Assembly: GCA_029261035.1 (NCBI GenBank)
Contig: JAJDCD010000023.1
Span: 301,126-365,125 of the forward strand
Source of the DNA: Candidatus Omnitrophota bacterium
Lineage (GTDB): Bacteria > Omnitrophota > Omnitrophia > Omnitrophales > JACROU01
Direction of reading: 5' to 3'
DNA: 64,000 nucleotides
The notes under the pieces were generated by a model. It was not told the DNA's origin and did no database searches. It saw only the letters and a program-made list of their open reading frames with translations. Both the position numbers and the translations under genes were made by a program. Shown here one piece after another: positions 25,730 through 35,236 of the stretch (the first letter of the stretch is position 1; every line of letters begins with the position of its first letter).

Positions 25730-26320
25730 CTAGGCTTCACGCGTGAGTTCAGATTTTGCGTAGAGAATGCGTTGAATGGCTGTGAAGTTAGAGAGTATAG
25801 CGATGGTCCAAAGAGCAAAAATCATAATGACAGGGAAAAGAGCAGCGATACCTAGAATAACAAGGCGTTCTCCGCGTTCCATAAAGCCTGCTTTGCATTC
25901 CACACCTAAGGCTTCCATTCGGGCGCGGCTGTAACTGGTAACGCTGCTTCCTATTAGAACTAAAATACAGACAAATACGGCGCTTATATTGTCCATTTGA
26001 ACATAATGAAAAAGAACCCCTCCGAAGATAAAAAAGTCAGCGAACCGGTCCATGGTTGAGTCAAAAAAAGCTCCAAATTTAGAACCTAGATTACAAGTCC
26101 GAGAAAGAGAACCGTCCAGCAAATCTAAAAAACCAGAGATAAGTCCGAGCATGCAGGCCAAGAACCAATTGTGGTAGATTCCAATAGTGATCCCAGTGAG
26201 CAAACTGAAAAAAACTCCGAGTAAAGTTAAGTGGTCTGGTTTCACGTTGAAAGAGTTTAGTTTATGAGAAGCTGCTTCCAAGCTTTTTTTTAGATGAGGG
26301 TAAACGTGTTTTCTGAGCAT
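25730..26320 (-). CDS. CDP-alcohol phosphatidyltransferase (PgsA-like)
   Basis: DLLDGSLSRTCNLGSKFGAFFDSTMDRFAD matches the D-G-x2-A-R-x8-G-x3-D-x3-D signature. Polytopic membrane protein. Confidence 0.7.
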   Translation of the reverse strand: MLRKHVYPHLKKSLEAASHKLNSFNVKPDHLTLLGVFFSLLTGITIGIYHNWFLACMLGLISGFLDLLDGSLSRTCNLGSKFGAFFDSTMDRFADFFIFGGVLFHYVQMDNISAVFVCILVLIGSSVTSYSRARMEALGVECKAGFMERGERLVILGIAALFPVIMIFALWTIAILSNFTAIQRILYAKSELTREA

Positions 26321-26424
26321 TTGGGTCCTTTTTAAGCCTTGCTTTTAGAGATAAGTTCTTTGATAATAACGGCACGCAGGTGGCTGTCACTTTAGTGACT
26401 GTCACCGTTTATTTAAGTATTTTA

Positions 26425-26532
26425 ATGGGTACAGCCTTTCCTTTGTCTAGGAGACACGCACTTTTGTCACAATTGCTGCCCGCCAACAAGGCGGCGGACA
26501 AGCGTAATGGTTCCAAAAGTCCACGTCCCCGG
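26425..26532. repeat. Family D element with a CCGCCAACAAGGCGGCGG insertion in the loop
   Basis: GGGTACAGCCTTTCCTTTGTCTAGGAGACACGCACTTTTGTCACAATTGCTGCCCGCCAACAAGGCGGCGGACAAGCGTAATGGTTCCAAAAGTCCACGTCCCCGG. Confidence 0.8.
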
Positions 26533-26575
26533 TTTTGCTCTTCATTAAAGCTTTTATTTAAAAAAAGGAAATAAT

Positions 26576-26902
26576 ATGGAAACAGTTACGATTAATGATT
26601 TTGCAAAGTTGGATATTCGCATTGCTGAAATCACAGCAGCGGAGGAACATCCAAATGCAGATAAACTTATTTTGTTGAAGTTGAAAGTTGGGGAAGAGGA
26701 AAAGCAGATCGTTGCAGGTATTAAAAAGTTTTATTCTTTTGATGAGTTGGTTGGAAAGAAGATTACGATTATTAATAACTTGGAGCCTGTGGAACTTCGA
26801 GGTGAGCGTTCTGAGGGGATGCTTTTAGCTGCAAGTGATGATGATGGACTTACGCTTGTTACTCCCGAAAAAGACATTTCATGTGGGGCGAGAGTTAAGT
26901 AA
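26576..26902 (+). CDS. tRNA-binding domain protein (CsaA/Trbp111/EMAP-like)
   Basis: FAKLDIRIAEITAAEEHPNADKL...VAGIKKFY...GERSEGMLLAA is the OB-fold tRNA-binding domain signature. Confidence 0.75.
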   Translation: METVTINDFAKLDIRIAEITAAEEHPNADKLILLKLKVGEEEKQIVAGIKKFYSFDELVGKKITIINNLEPVELRGERSEGMLLAASDDDGLTLVTPEKDISCGARVK

Positions 26903-26949
26903 CTAGTGACAGTCACCATGGTCTGCGACGCGCAGCCTGTTGACAGTCA

Positions 26950-29391
26950 CTAATTCCTGCCTTGTTGTTCTTCGGAGATGTTTCCAATACCAAAACTTCT
27001 AAGGCTGAGACTTTGATTAGGATCCATTGGATTGATGTTTCTTTGGCTTGCCCCTGTGCTGATTGAGGCTTTTTGATTTTCCTCTAACTTTCTTAAATTT
27101 GCGGCCGCATTTTTGTGTGTTGGCTTTGCTCTTAAAGCAGATCTAAAGGCGTCTTTGGCTTGAGTGTCTTTTCCGGTTTTAGCATAGAGAGATCCGAGGT
27201 TGTTGAAGGCGTCTGCGTACTGCGGATTAATTTCTGTGGCTTTAATAAGCTGTTCTATGGCGGCATTTGTTTGTTCTTGCTTTTCTAAAGCCAGCGCAAG
27301 ATTAAAGTAAGCCTCTGCATAATTAGCATCCTTTTCAATAGCCAACCGGTATTGCTCTTCCGCCTTCTTGTTTTTACCTTCTCCAATATAAAGGAGTCCC
27401 AAGTTGTTGTAAGCTTTTGGATACTGAGCATCAATTTCTATTGCTTTGTTAAAGTGTTCAATAGCCAAATCTAGTTTTTTCTCTGAAACATAAACAATTG
27501 CAATATCATTATAAATAGCAGGATTTTCTGGGGCGAGTGTAATAGCTTTTGAAAAATTGTTATGGGCTTCTTCAAAATTCCCTATTTTGAAATCAACTTG
27601 ACCTAAACCGTAATAAGCTTCTGAATAATTAGGATTCACTTCCAGAGCTTTTAAATATAACTGTTTTGCTTTAGTCATATCTCCAAACTCGTAATACATT
27701 TTTCCGAGGTTGTGATAACCGATCGCATAATTTGGGTTAAGCTCAAGGGATTTTTCCATGTAAGCCATTGCTTCCGTTTTTCTTCCCATATCATTATATA
27801 TAACACCCAACAAGTTATAAGCAGCTTGAAAATTAGGGTCAATCTGAAGGGCCATTTTCAATTCTTGGATAGCCTTTTCGAACTTACCTTGTTTTTTAAG
27901 TAAGGTCGCCAAGTTATAATGAACTTGTTCGTTATCAACGCGGAGGTCTTTGGATTTTTCGTACAGAGCTTCTGCTTTTTCCATTTCTCCACGATCCACA
28001 TACATATTTGCTAGGTTGTTGTAAGCATTGGCGTGATTGGGGTCTAGTTCCAAAGTTTTTTCATATTGTCTTATGGCTTTATCGTCCAACCCTTTTTCTT
28101 GGTAGATGACGCCCATATTATTGTTTGCCTCTATGGCTCTTGGGTATTTACTTAAGACATCGTTGTAAAGGATTTCACTGTTTTTCCAAACAAGTGTACG
28201 TTCGTAAGCGGCATAAGAAAGTCCGGATGTAATCATTAGAACAAAAAATGTAAAGATACCTTTTTTCAACATGGGCGATAGAATAAGTCGAGAGTTGAGA
28301 TAGACAAAAAATAAACAAAACAAATAAATAATTCCTACGGAAGGTAAATACATATAACGATCTGCAGCAACAACAACAGTTGAGGAGGTTGTCACAGCAA
28401 GCGTTGGAGCCAATGTGACAAGAAATAAAGTGATTCCAAAATAGATTTCTCTCGTTTTATCTAAAGAAAGAAGCGTCAAGAGAATCAGGACAGAAAACAA
28501 GGCGAGAGGAATAGAGTATGCAGCATCGAGTAAGCGAATCGTTTCTGGAAAAGGGTACATGGCGGACAAGTTTAAAGGGACAAAGAGTTTTTCCAAATAA
28601 AAAATAATAGATTGAACTCCAACTAAAATACGATCCAAGTTCGAAAGAGCACTCATATAAGCTTCTTCCTGAAGCGAAAGAGCAATGAAACCAAAAACAA
28701 GGCTTAAAGCAAAAAATGGAAGCTTTTCAATTAAGTATTTTTCTCTATAGGGTTTTGGAAATTTAAAATCGATGAGAAACAGAATGAGAGGGAGTGTCAC
28801 GGACATGGGTTTTGATAGAAGAGCTAAAATAAACAGAACAAGACACAATATATATTGTTTAGCCGACCGAGAGTTTCGGTAATAGATGTAACTAATCAAT
28901 GCTCCAAAATAAAATAGGGTTGAGAGAACATCTCTTCTCTCCGTTACCCAAACGACAGATTCTACGTGTAAAGGGTGAACGGCAAAGATCAGCGCGGCAA
29001 AAAATGAAACCCATTTCTTCTGGCATAAGAGGTAAACCACCCACATTAAAAGAAGACAATTCAGCATGTGAAGAATGAGATTGTTTAAATGATAGAGATA
29101 CGGATCTAGCTCTACGAAAAAATATTCGAATTGATAAGTCAACAATGAAAGGGGGATGTAAATCAACTGTCCCTTAGGAGTGAATATTTCTTTGATATTT
29201 TCCCATGCGAGTGAGGTAATCACCGGGTTTTCGTATACGAATTTGTCATCATCCCAGCTGACAAATTCATTACTGAGAGAAGGTGCGTAAAGACAAGCAG
29301 TTAGTGCAATTATTATAAGACAAAAGAGAAAAATCCATTTTTTGGAAAATGAAGGTGTTATGGGTGCTAGCTTCTCTTTTTTTCGGCTCAT
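26950..29391 (-). CDS. TMTC-like protein: N-terminal DUF1736/PMT-like polytopic membrane domain plus about 11 C-terminal TPR repeats
   Basis: N-terminal W-DDKFVYENPVI signature, multiple transmembrane helices, then repeated TPR units (AxxYxNLGxxY...). Confidence 0.65.
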   Translation of the reverse strand: MSRKKEKLAPITPSFSKKWIFLFCLIIIALTACLYAPSLSNEFVSWDDDKFVYENPVITSLAWENIKEIFTPKGQLIYIPLSLLTYQFEYFFVELDPYLYHLNNLILHMLNCLLLMWVVYLLCQKKWVSFFAALIFAVHPLHVESVVWVTERRDVLSTLFYFGALISYIYYRNSRSAKQYILCLVLFILALLSKPMSVTLPLILFLIDFKFPKPYREKYLIEKLPFFALSLVFGFIALSLQEEAYMSALSNLDRILVGVQSIIFYLEKLFVPLNLSAMYPFPETIRLLDAAYSIPLALFSVLILLTLLSLDKTREIYFGITLFLVTLAPTLAVTTSSTVVVAADRYMYLPSVGIIYLFCLFFVYLNSRLILSPMLKKGIFTFFVLMITSGLSYAAYERTLVWKNSEILYNDVLSKYPRAIEANNNMGVIYQEKGLDDKAIRQYEKTLELDPNHANAYNNLANMYVDRGEMEKAEALYEKSKDLRVDNEQVHYNLATLLKKQGKFEKAIQELKMALQIDPNFQAAYNLLGVIYNDMGRKTEAMAYMEKSLELNPNYAIGYHNLGKMYYEFGDMTKAKQLYLKALEVNPNYSEAYYGLGQVDFKIGNFEEAHNNFSKAITLAPENPAIYNDIAIVYVSEKKLDLAIEHFNKAIEIDAQYPKAYNNLGLLYIGEGKNKKAEEQYRLAIEKDANYAEAYFNLALALEKQEQTNAAIEQLIKATEINPQYADAFNNLGSLYAKTGKDTQAKDAFRSALRAKPTHKNAAANLRKLEENQKASISTGASQRNINPMDPNQSLSLRSFGIGNISEEQQGRN

Positions 29392-29437
29392 TTGACAAGG
29401 GCTCCTTTACCCTGTAAATAGAAATAAATTAAAATAG

Positions 29438-29556
29438 TTTGTCATTGCGAGGCATTTGATAATTGAGCCGTGGCAATCTAGAATACTGTAATTACAAGAA
29501 TACACCCTTTGTCTGAGATTGCTGCGGCTCTTTATGTTTACGCCTCGCAATGACGG
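29438..29556. repeat. Family A element
   Basis: GTCATTGCGAGGC ... GCCGTGGCAATCTAG ... TCTGAGATTGCTGCGGC ... GCCTCGCAATGACGG. Confidence 0.85.
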
Positions 29557-29677
29557 ATGCGGGGTTGGTCACTCCATGTACTAGATAAAGCATGTACTAG
29601 TTTTCGTCTCTTTTGGGAGGGGGCTTAAGAGTGTTCCTAATTATATAGCTGTTAGGCCGCTTTTATGAGAGTCGGAG

Positions 29678-29729
29678 AGTTATGTGCCAGGCCTGCCATT
29701 GAGGGGCCTGGCACATCGGGTACATAACT
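29678..29729. repeat. Family E palindrome
   Basis: AGTTATGTGCCAGGCCTGCCATTGAGGGGCCTGGCACATCGGGTACATAACT. Confidence 0.75.
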
Positions 29730-29879
29730 AAGATGAACAGGTTAAAAGGGTATCGTTTGAATATAACTATTATTAAGCAATATAACGCTGGGATGTTGTC
29801 CTTCGACCCCTTTCTGTGTTAACATAAGCGTTCTTTAATCCGCATTGTTTAACCCTTTAAACCTATTAGAGAAGGATTT

Positions 29880-31178
29880 ATGGCTACAATACGTTCATTT
29901 CAAGGGCTTAGATATAATCCCAAAAGAGTAAAAATTGGTTTGGTAACAGCGCCTCCTTATGATGTAATTTCTCCTAAGGAACAGCAGGCTTTTTATGATT
30001 TAGACGAGAGAAATGTTGTCCGTCTTATTTTGGGGCAAGAGTTTCCTTTAGATGATTCTTCGCATAATCGCTATACCCGATCTCGAGAATTCTTAGAAAG
30101 TTGGCAAAAGGAAAAGGTTCTTATTCAAGAAAAGGAACCTGCAATCTATGTGTATCAACAAGAATTTGCTCACCCTGAAACAAAAAAGAAGATCAAGCGC
30201 CTTTCATTTTTGTGTGCTTTAAAAGTAGAAGAGTTTGGGAAAGGGAAAGTTTATCCTCATGAGGCAACTCTTAAAGGCCCAAAAGCAGATCGCTTGAAAC
30301 TGATATCAACGACTCGAGCTAATTTGTCTGCAGTGTATGGGTTGTATAACGACAATAAAAACGCAGTTCGAAAAAACTTATTACCTGTAACTAAGAAAAA
30401 AGCTTTGTTTGCGTTTAAAGATAAACAAAATGTTTCTCACAAAGTGTGGCCTGTTACAGATAAAAACAAAATCCAAAAAATAACCAAACTATTTAAAACT
30501 AAAGATATTTTTATTGCGGATGGGCATCATCGTTATGAAACGGCATTTAATTATTCGCGCTCTTTAAAGAAGGGTTCCGTAAGCCCAAATGAGAAAGATA
30601 ATGCAGGACACATTCTAATAGCGATGTCTGCTTTTGAAGATCCGGGTTTAGCGATGTTTCCAACGCATCGTTTATTGATGAACTCCCCAAAGTTTGATTT
30701 GGACAAAGTGATTAAAAAACTGAGTCAAGTTTTTGAGATCGAGGCATACGACATAAATAAACTTGAGAAAAGACTCAATAAGGTTTCTAAAAAAGAGCAG
30801 TGTCTTGGTATTTATTCTGAAGGGGAAGCTTATTTAATAAAAATCTCAAATACGCAGTTATTCAAGAAGAAAGCGCCTAAAGGAAAATCAAAAGAATGGC
30901 AAAAACTTTCCGCCAGCGTTGCTTCTGAATTGGTGATTAAACCTATTTTTAAGATTAATGAAAAAAATAAAGAAAAGCATTTGGTCTACACCCACTTTTT
31001 CCAAGAGTCCGTAGATCTTGTGGATAGCGGAGATGCGCAATGCGCTGTAATTTTACCTCCAACTTCTATTGAAGAAATGAAGAAGATTTGTAAACTTAAA
31101 CAACGTATGCCGCAGAAATCAACCTACTTTTATCCAAAACTAGCCAGCGGTGTTGTTTTCCATAAACACGAAGCGTAA
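29880..31178 (+). CDS. DUF1015-family protein
   Basis: N-terminal IRSFQGLRYNP...VTAPPYDVIS matches the DUF1015 signature. Confidence 0.55.
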   Translation: MATIRSFQGLRYNPKRVKIGLVTAPPYDVISPKEQQAFYDLDERNVVRLILGQEFPLDDSSHNRYTRSREFLESWQKEKVLIQEKEPAIYVYQQEFAHPETKKKIKRLSFLCALKVEEFGKGKVYPHEATLKGPKADRLKLISTTRANLSAVYGLYNDNKNAVRKNLLPVTKKKALFAFKDKQNVSHKVWPVTDKNKIQKITKLFKTKDIFIADGHHRYETAFNYSRSLKKGSVSPNEKDNAGHILIAMSAFEDPGLAMFPTHRLLMNSPKFDLDKVIKKLSQVFEIEAYDINKLEKRLNKVSKKEQCLGIYSEGEAYLIKISNTQLFKKKAPKGKSKEWQKLSASVASELVIKPIFKINEKNKEKHLVYTHFFQESVDLVDSGDAQCAVILPPTSIEEMKKICKLKQRMPQKSTYFYPKLASGVVFHKHEA

Positions 31179-31214
31179 GAGTGGCTAATAGCTTTTAGTA
31201 AGAAATTCTAAGTT

Positions 31215-31285
31215 GTCATTCTCGAAATCTTTTTTCGGGGATGAGAGAAAAACCAAAGATTGTCATTTTGAAACAAATGACAAAG
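31215..31285. repeat. Family B-variant upstream of hflK
   Basis: TTGTCATTCTCGAAATCTTTTTTCGGGGATGAGAG ... TTGTCATTTTGAAACAAATGACAA. Confidence 0.6.
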
Positions 31286-31305
31286 ACTTAACAAAGGAGT
31301 TCATT

Positions 31306-32355
31306 ATGGCCGATATTAATATTCCGAATTCGGATGATTTCAAAATGCCACAAATGCCTAATTTAAAAGGTTGGTTGGTGCCCGTTATTTTGGTGTTTGC
31401 ATTATTTTCTGTGGGTAGCACAGCTTTTTATACCGTGAATCCGGACTCTGTTGGAGTTACGTTGCGTTTTGGTGAATACGTTCGAACAACACAGCCGGGC
31501 CTTCATTGGAAGATTCCCTTTGGGATTGAAACCGTAGAGAAAGTGCGAGTAACACACGTTTTTAAAGAGGAATTTGGTTTTAGAACCGTTCGCACTGGAG
31601 TTAGAACAGCCTACGCTGGAGATCAAGGGGGGTATTCGACACGCCAGAATACAGGCAATATGGGATTTCCTCGAGGTTCTTTCTTGGCAGAATCTATGAT
31701 GTTGAGCGGAGATCTGAATATGGCGGTTGTGGAGTTCATTGTTCAGTACCGAATTAAGGATCCTGTAAAATATTTATTTAATGTTCGTGATGTGAGCGCT
31801 ACGATTCGTGCAATGGCCGAAGCGGCAATGCGTTCTGTTGTGGGCGACCGAATTGTAAATGAAGTTTTAACTTCAGGTCGAGAAGAAATTCGTGTTCAAG
31901 CTCAGGTGGAGCTGCAAGAGCTTTTAGATCGTCTGGAAACAGGGATTTTGATTTCTAATGTGGTTCTTCAAGATGTGAACCCTCCAGATGAAGTAAGACC
32001 TTCCTTTAATGAGGTGAATGAAGCAAAACAAGAAAAAGAAAAAACTATTAACCAAGCTCGTCAGGAGTATAACCGAGTTGTTCCTCGAGCAAAGGGTGAA
32101 GCGGAAAAAGTACTTCGCGAAGCTGAAGGTTATGCGTTGGACAGGGTCAATCGAGCTCAAGGGGATGCTGCAAAATTTCTTTTAACTTGGGAAGCTTATA
32201 ATATAGCTCAAGACGTAACACGCCGCAGACTTTTTATTGAAATGATGAACGAGGTCTTGCCGCAGGTGGACCATAAATTTATCGTTGATGAAGATGAAAA
32301 GGGTTTAGTGCCCTTACTTCAGCTAGCGGGTAAATCCTTAGATGGAGGGAAGTAA
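31306..32355 (+). CDS. hflK: HflK (SPFH/band-7 protease modulator)
   Basis: Transmembrane helix plus SPFH domain. It immediately precedes hflC. The track start at 31213 runs through a repeat, so the start was placed at the MADINIP ATG. Confidence 0.8.
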   Translation: MADINIPNSDDFKMPQMPNLKGWLVPVILVFALFSVGSTAFYTVNPDSVGVTLRFGEYVRTTQPGLHWKIPFGIETVEKVRVTHVFKEEFGFRTVRTGVRTAYAGDQGGYSTRQNTGNMGFPRGSFLAESMMLSGDLNMAVVEFIVQYRIKDPVKYLFNVRDVSATIRAMAEAAMRSVVGDRIVNEVLTSGREEIRVQAQVELQELLDRLETGILISNVVLQDVNPPDEVRPSFNEVNEAKQEKEKTINQARQEYNRVVPRAKGEAEKVLREAEGYALDRVNRAQGDAAKFLLTWEAYNIAQDVTRRRLFIEMMNEVLPQVDHKFIVDEDEKGLVPLLQLAGKSLDGGK

Positions 32356-32357
32356 TA

Positions 32358-33302
32358 ATGAAAAATACATGGCTTGCACCTTTTTTTGCTCTTTTCTTTT
32401 TGTTAATCATTCTTGTTGTTAATTCAGCATATATTGTTAATGAGGCACAACAAGTTATTATTACTCAGTTTGGAGAACCGATTAAAAAACCTATTATAGA
32501 ACCAGGACTTCATTTTAAAACCCCTTTTATTCAAAATGCTAATATTTTTGATAAAAGGATTCTACAATGGGATGGTTATCCAAACGAAATTCCAACTAAG
32601 GATAAGAAATTTATCTGGCTGGATATCACAGCACGTTGGCAGATTGTCGATCCGCTTGCTTTCTTAAGAACGATGGGCAATGAAAATAATGCTCAGAGTC
32701 GTTTGGACGATATTATTGATGGTATTGCTCGTGACTTTATTACAAGCAATAACTTGATTGAGATTGTGCGTGGGACAAATCGAATCTTGGAGATTCCTAG
32801 AAAAGAAGAAGATATTAATGCAGATGTTCAGATCGAAGAAATAACAACAGGACGAGATACTATTATGAGAGCTGTTGTTGATAAAACACGAGAAGCTGTT
32901 AAAGATTACGGAATTCAGATTGTTGACGTTCAAATTAAACGTATCAATTATGTGGATCGCGTACGACAAAAAGTATTTGAACGAATGATCTCGGAAAGAA
33001 AGCGGGCCGCGGAAAAACTTCGTTCTGAAGGACTTGGGGTTAGTGCAGAGATCGAAGGGGAAAAAGGGAAAGAAGTAAAACGCATTCTTTCAGGAGCCTA
33101 TAAAGAGGCTCAAACCCTAAAAGGTCAAGCGGATGCAGAGGCAACGAATGTTTATGCAGAAGCTTATAATAAAGGTCCTGAGTTTTATTCTTTTATGAAG
33201 ACAATGGAAACCTATCGCAATACCATTGCTACCGGAACTACATTAATTCTTTCCACAGATTCTGATTACATGAAGTATTTAAAGGACACAGTAAAAAATT
33301 AA
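32358..33302 (+). CDS. hflC: HflC (SPFH/band-7)
   Basis: Transmembrane helix plus SPFH domain, 2 bp after hflK. Confidence 0.8.
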   Translation: MKNTWLAPFFALFFLLIILVVNSAYIVNEAQQVIITQFGEPIKKPIIEPGLHFKTPFIQNANIFDKRILQWDGYPNEIPTKDKKFIWLDITARWQIVDPLAFLRTMGNENNAQSRLDDIIDGIARDFITSNNLIEIVRGTNRILEIPRKEEDINADVQIEEITTGRDTIMRAVVDKTREAVKDYGIQIVDVQIKRINYVDRVRQKVFERMISERKRAAEKLRSEGLGVSAEIEGEKGKEVKRILSGAYKEAQTLKGQADAEATNVYAEAYNKGPEFYSFMKTMETYRNTIATGTTLILSTDSDYMKYLKDTVKN

Positions 33303-33344
33303 TTGGCTTTTTTCTTTAAAATCATAGCAATTTAAAATGCAAAA

Positions 33345-33452
33345 AGTCATTGCGAGGCAAAGACAAAATAGCCGTGGCAATCCCAGAAGTAAGGAGATTT
33401 ATCTTTTATCTGAGATTGCCACGGCGTATGAGTCGGATGCCTCGAAATGACA
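33345..33452. repeat. Family A element
   Basis: GTCATTGCGAGGC ... GCCGTGGCAATCCCAG ... TCTGAGATTGCCACGGC ... GCCTCGAAATGAC. Confidence 0.85.
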
Positions 33453-33465
33453 AACTCTTTTCATC

Positions 33466-34860
33466 ATGAAAACTTTCCACAAACAATTCTCTTTTGATTC
33501 TATATCTCCTTTCAATTTTTTCTATCATTTTACGCAAGCAAAAACCCGAATTTTTTTGGATAGCCCAGAAGAAAATAAATTAGGGCAATACTCTTATGTG
33601 TTGTGGGACGAGATTGCTTCTTTTGCTTCTAGAAAAAATAAAATTGAAATTGAAAGTAATAATAAAGTAACAAAGCTAACGAAAGAACCCTTCTCTCAGC
33701 TTCAGTCATTTTATAAAAAATATCAAAAAACAAAAAAACAGCCGAAATCTTTTTTCACAGGAGGGCTTGTCGGGTACTTGTCTTATGAAGTAAATGGAAC
33801 TTTTGAAACTCTCCCTAAGCCTAAAGAAGATAAAGAATTAGAGTTCCTGCCAGACATTTATTTTATAGTTCCAAAAAATGTTGTCGTATTTGATCACTTT
33901 AAAAATAAAATACATTTATTCGTCCATGGCACAGCCGAGGAAAAAACAAAGCAAGAGTTTGAGTTTTTAATTAGGAGCATAAAAGAGTATTTAAAAGGAA
34001 CGCTCAGATCAAATTTTAATGGCAAGTCTGTTTCAATATCTAATCTAAAGCCACAGATTAAAAAACCGCATTTTAAACGAATGGTTCAAAAGGCTAAGAG
34101 CTATATTGCTGCAGGTGACATTTATCAAGCAAATCTATCTCAACGATTTTCATTTGACCACAAAGGCTCTTTGTTGCGGCTATATCAAAAATTAAGAGAA
34201 ATTAATCCTTCTCCTTTTTCCTCCTATTTAGAGACAAAAGATTTTACGATTGTAAGCTCTTCTCCAGAACGTTTGGTGCGAGTGGAAAAAGGTGTTTGTG
34301 AAACGCGGCCTATTGCTGGGACACGCCGACGTGGAAAAAACAAGAAGGAAGATGGAAAGCTTTCCAAAGAGTTACTCTTAAATGAGAAAGAACAAGCAGA
34401 GCATTTGATGTTGGTGGATTTAGAAAGAAATGATTTGGGGAGAGTATGTGATTTTAATACGGTACATGTAGACGAGTGGATGACGTTAGAAAAATATTCT
34501 CACGTGATTCATATTGTTTCCAATGTAAAAGGGAAGCTTTCTAAGAACAAAAATAATTTTGATGTGATTCGCACCATGTTTCCAGGAGGGACAATTACGG
34601 GATGTCCTAAGATTCGATCCATGGAAGTGATTCATGAATTGGAGCCTACAAAAAGGAGTTTGTATACGGGATCTATTGGTTATATCGATTTTAGTGGGTT
34701 GATGGATTTGAATATTGTGATTCGGACGATTCTTTGCTCTAAGAAGAAGGGGTATGTGCAGGTGGGGGCGGGAATTGTGCATGACTCGGATCCGGAGAGG
34801 GAGTATGAGGAGACGCTTCATAAGGCGGAGGCGATGTTTGAGGCGTTGAGGGGGAGTTGA
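33466..34860 (+). CDS. pabB: Aminodeoxychorismate synthase component I (chorismate-binding enzyme family)
   Basis: PIAGTRRRG, LMLVDLERNDLGRV and FPGGTITGCPK motifs. It is followed by pabC. Confidence 0.75.
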   Translation: MKTFHKQFSFDSISPFNFFYHFTQAKTRIFLDSPEENKLGQYSYVLWDEIASFASRKNKIEIESNNKVTKLTKEPFSQLQSFYKKYQKTKKQPKSFFTGGLVGYLSYEVNGTFETLPKPKEDKELEFLPDIYFIVPKNVVVFDHFKNKIHLFVHGTAEEKTKQEFEFLIRSIKEYLKGTLRSNFNGKSVSISNLKPQIKKPHFKRMVQKAKSYIAAGDIYQANLSQRFSFDHKGSLLRLYQKLREINPSPFSSYLETKDFTIVSSSPERLVRVEKGVCETRPIAGTRRRGKNKKEDGKLSKELLLNEKEQAEHLMLVDLERNDLGRVCDFNTVHVDEWMTLEKYSHVIHIVSNVKGKLSKNKNNFDVIRTMFPGGTITGCPKIRSMEVIHELEPTKRSLYTGSIGYIDFSGLMDLNIVIRTILCSKKKGYVQVGAGIVHDSDPEREYEETLHKAEAMFEALRGS

Positions 34861-34871
34861 TGTTGAAGTGG

Positions 34872-34977
34872 GTGCTCAGAGAATGTTCTCCGGCGCTCAG
34901 ACAGCACAAAAGTGACTGTCACCTAGGGTGACTATCACTTTTGTGAACTCGCTGCGGAGAACATTCTCTGAGCACTT
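34872..34977. repeat. Family C palindromic element (about 100 bp)
   Basis: GTGCTCAGAGAATGTTCTCCGGCGCTCAGACAGCACAAAAGTGACTGTCACC TAGG GTGACTATCACTTTTGTGAACTCGCTGCGGAGAACATTCTCTGAGCAC. Confidence 0.9.
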
Positions 34978-35007
34978 CTATTATTCGCTGGGGGTGTGTT
35001 AGGGCGT

Positions 35008-35081
35008 TGAAAACAAGAACGCCATCGAGGGTTCTTGTTTTCTTGGCATAAGGTGTTTCGTTATTGTGTAAATAACGAAAC
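35008..35081. repeat. H1 plus H2 modules downstream of a C element
   Basis: GAAAACAAGAACGCCATCGAGGGTTCTTGTTTTC ... GTTTCGTTATTGTGTAAATAACGAAAC. Confidence 0.8.
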
Positions 35082-35174
35082 GCGTTTTTGTTTTTGGAGT
35101 TTAGATTTGTTTCAGGGATAAAGGCGCTTGTTATTTGGAAGAGATTGTTAGGATTTAGTGAAGACAAAGAATAT

Positions 35175-35216
35175 TTGTCATTGCGATACGGCTCTTTGGT
35201 TGTGCCTCGCAATGGT
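35175..35216. repeat. Family A remnant (outer arms only)
   Basis: TTGTCATTGCGATACGG ... GCCTCGCAATGG. Confidence 0.55.
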
Positions 35217-35236
35217 TATAAGAAAAGGAGCTCGGG

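Noticed and set aside
34872-35230. Possible CRISPR array, given the many near-identical palindromic repeats.
   Set aside because: Copies are dispersed across the whole window at irregular spacing and separated by genes. They are imperfect nested palindromes of 35-120 bp rather than 25-40-bp direct repeats with unique spacers. No cas genes are present.
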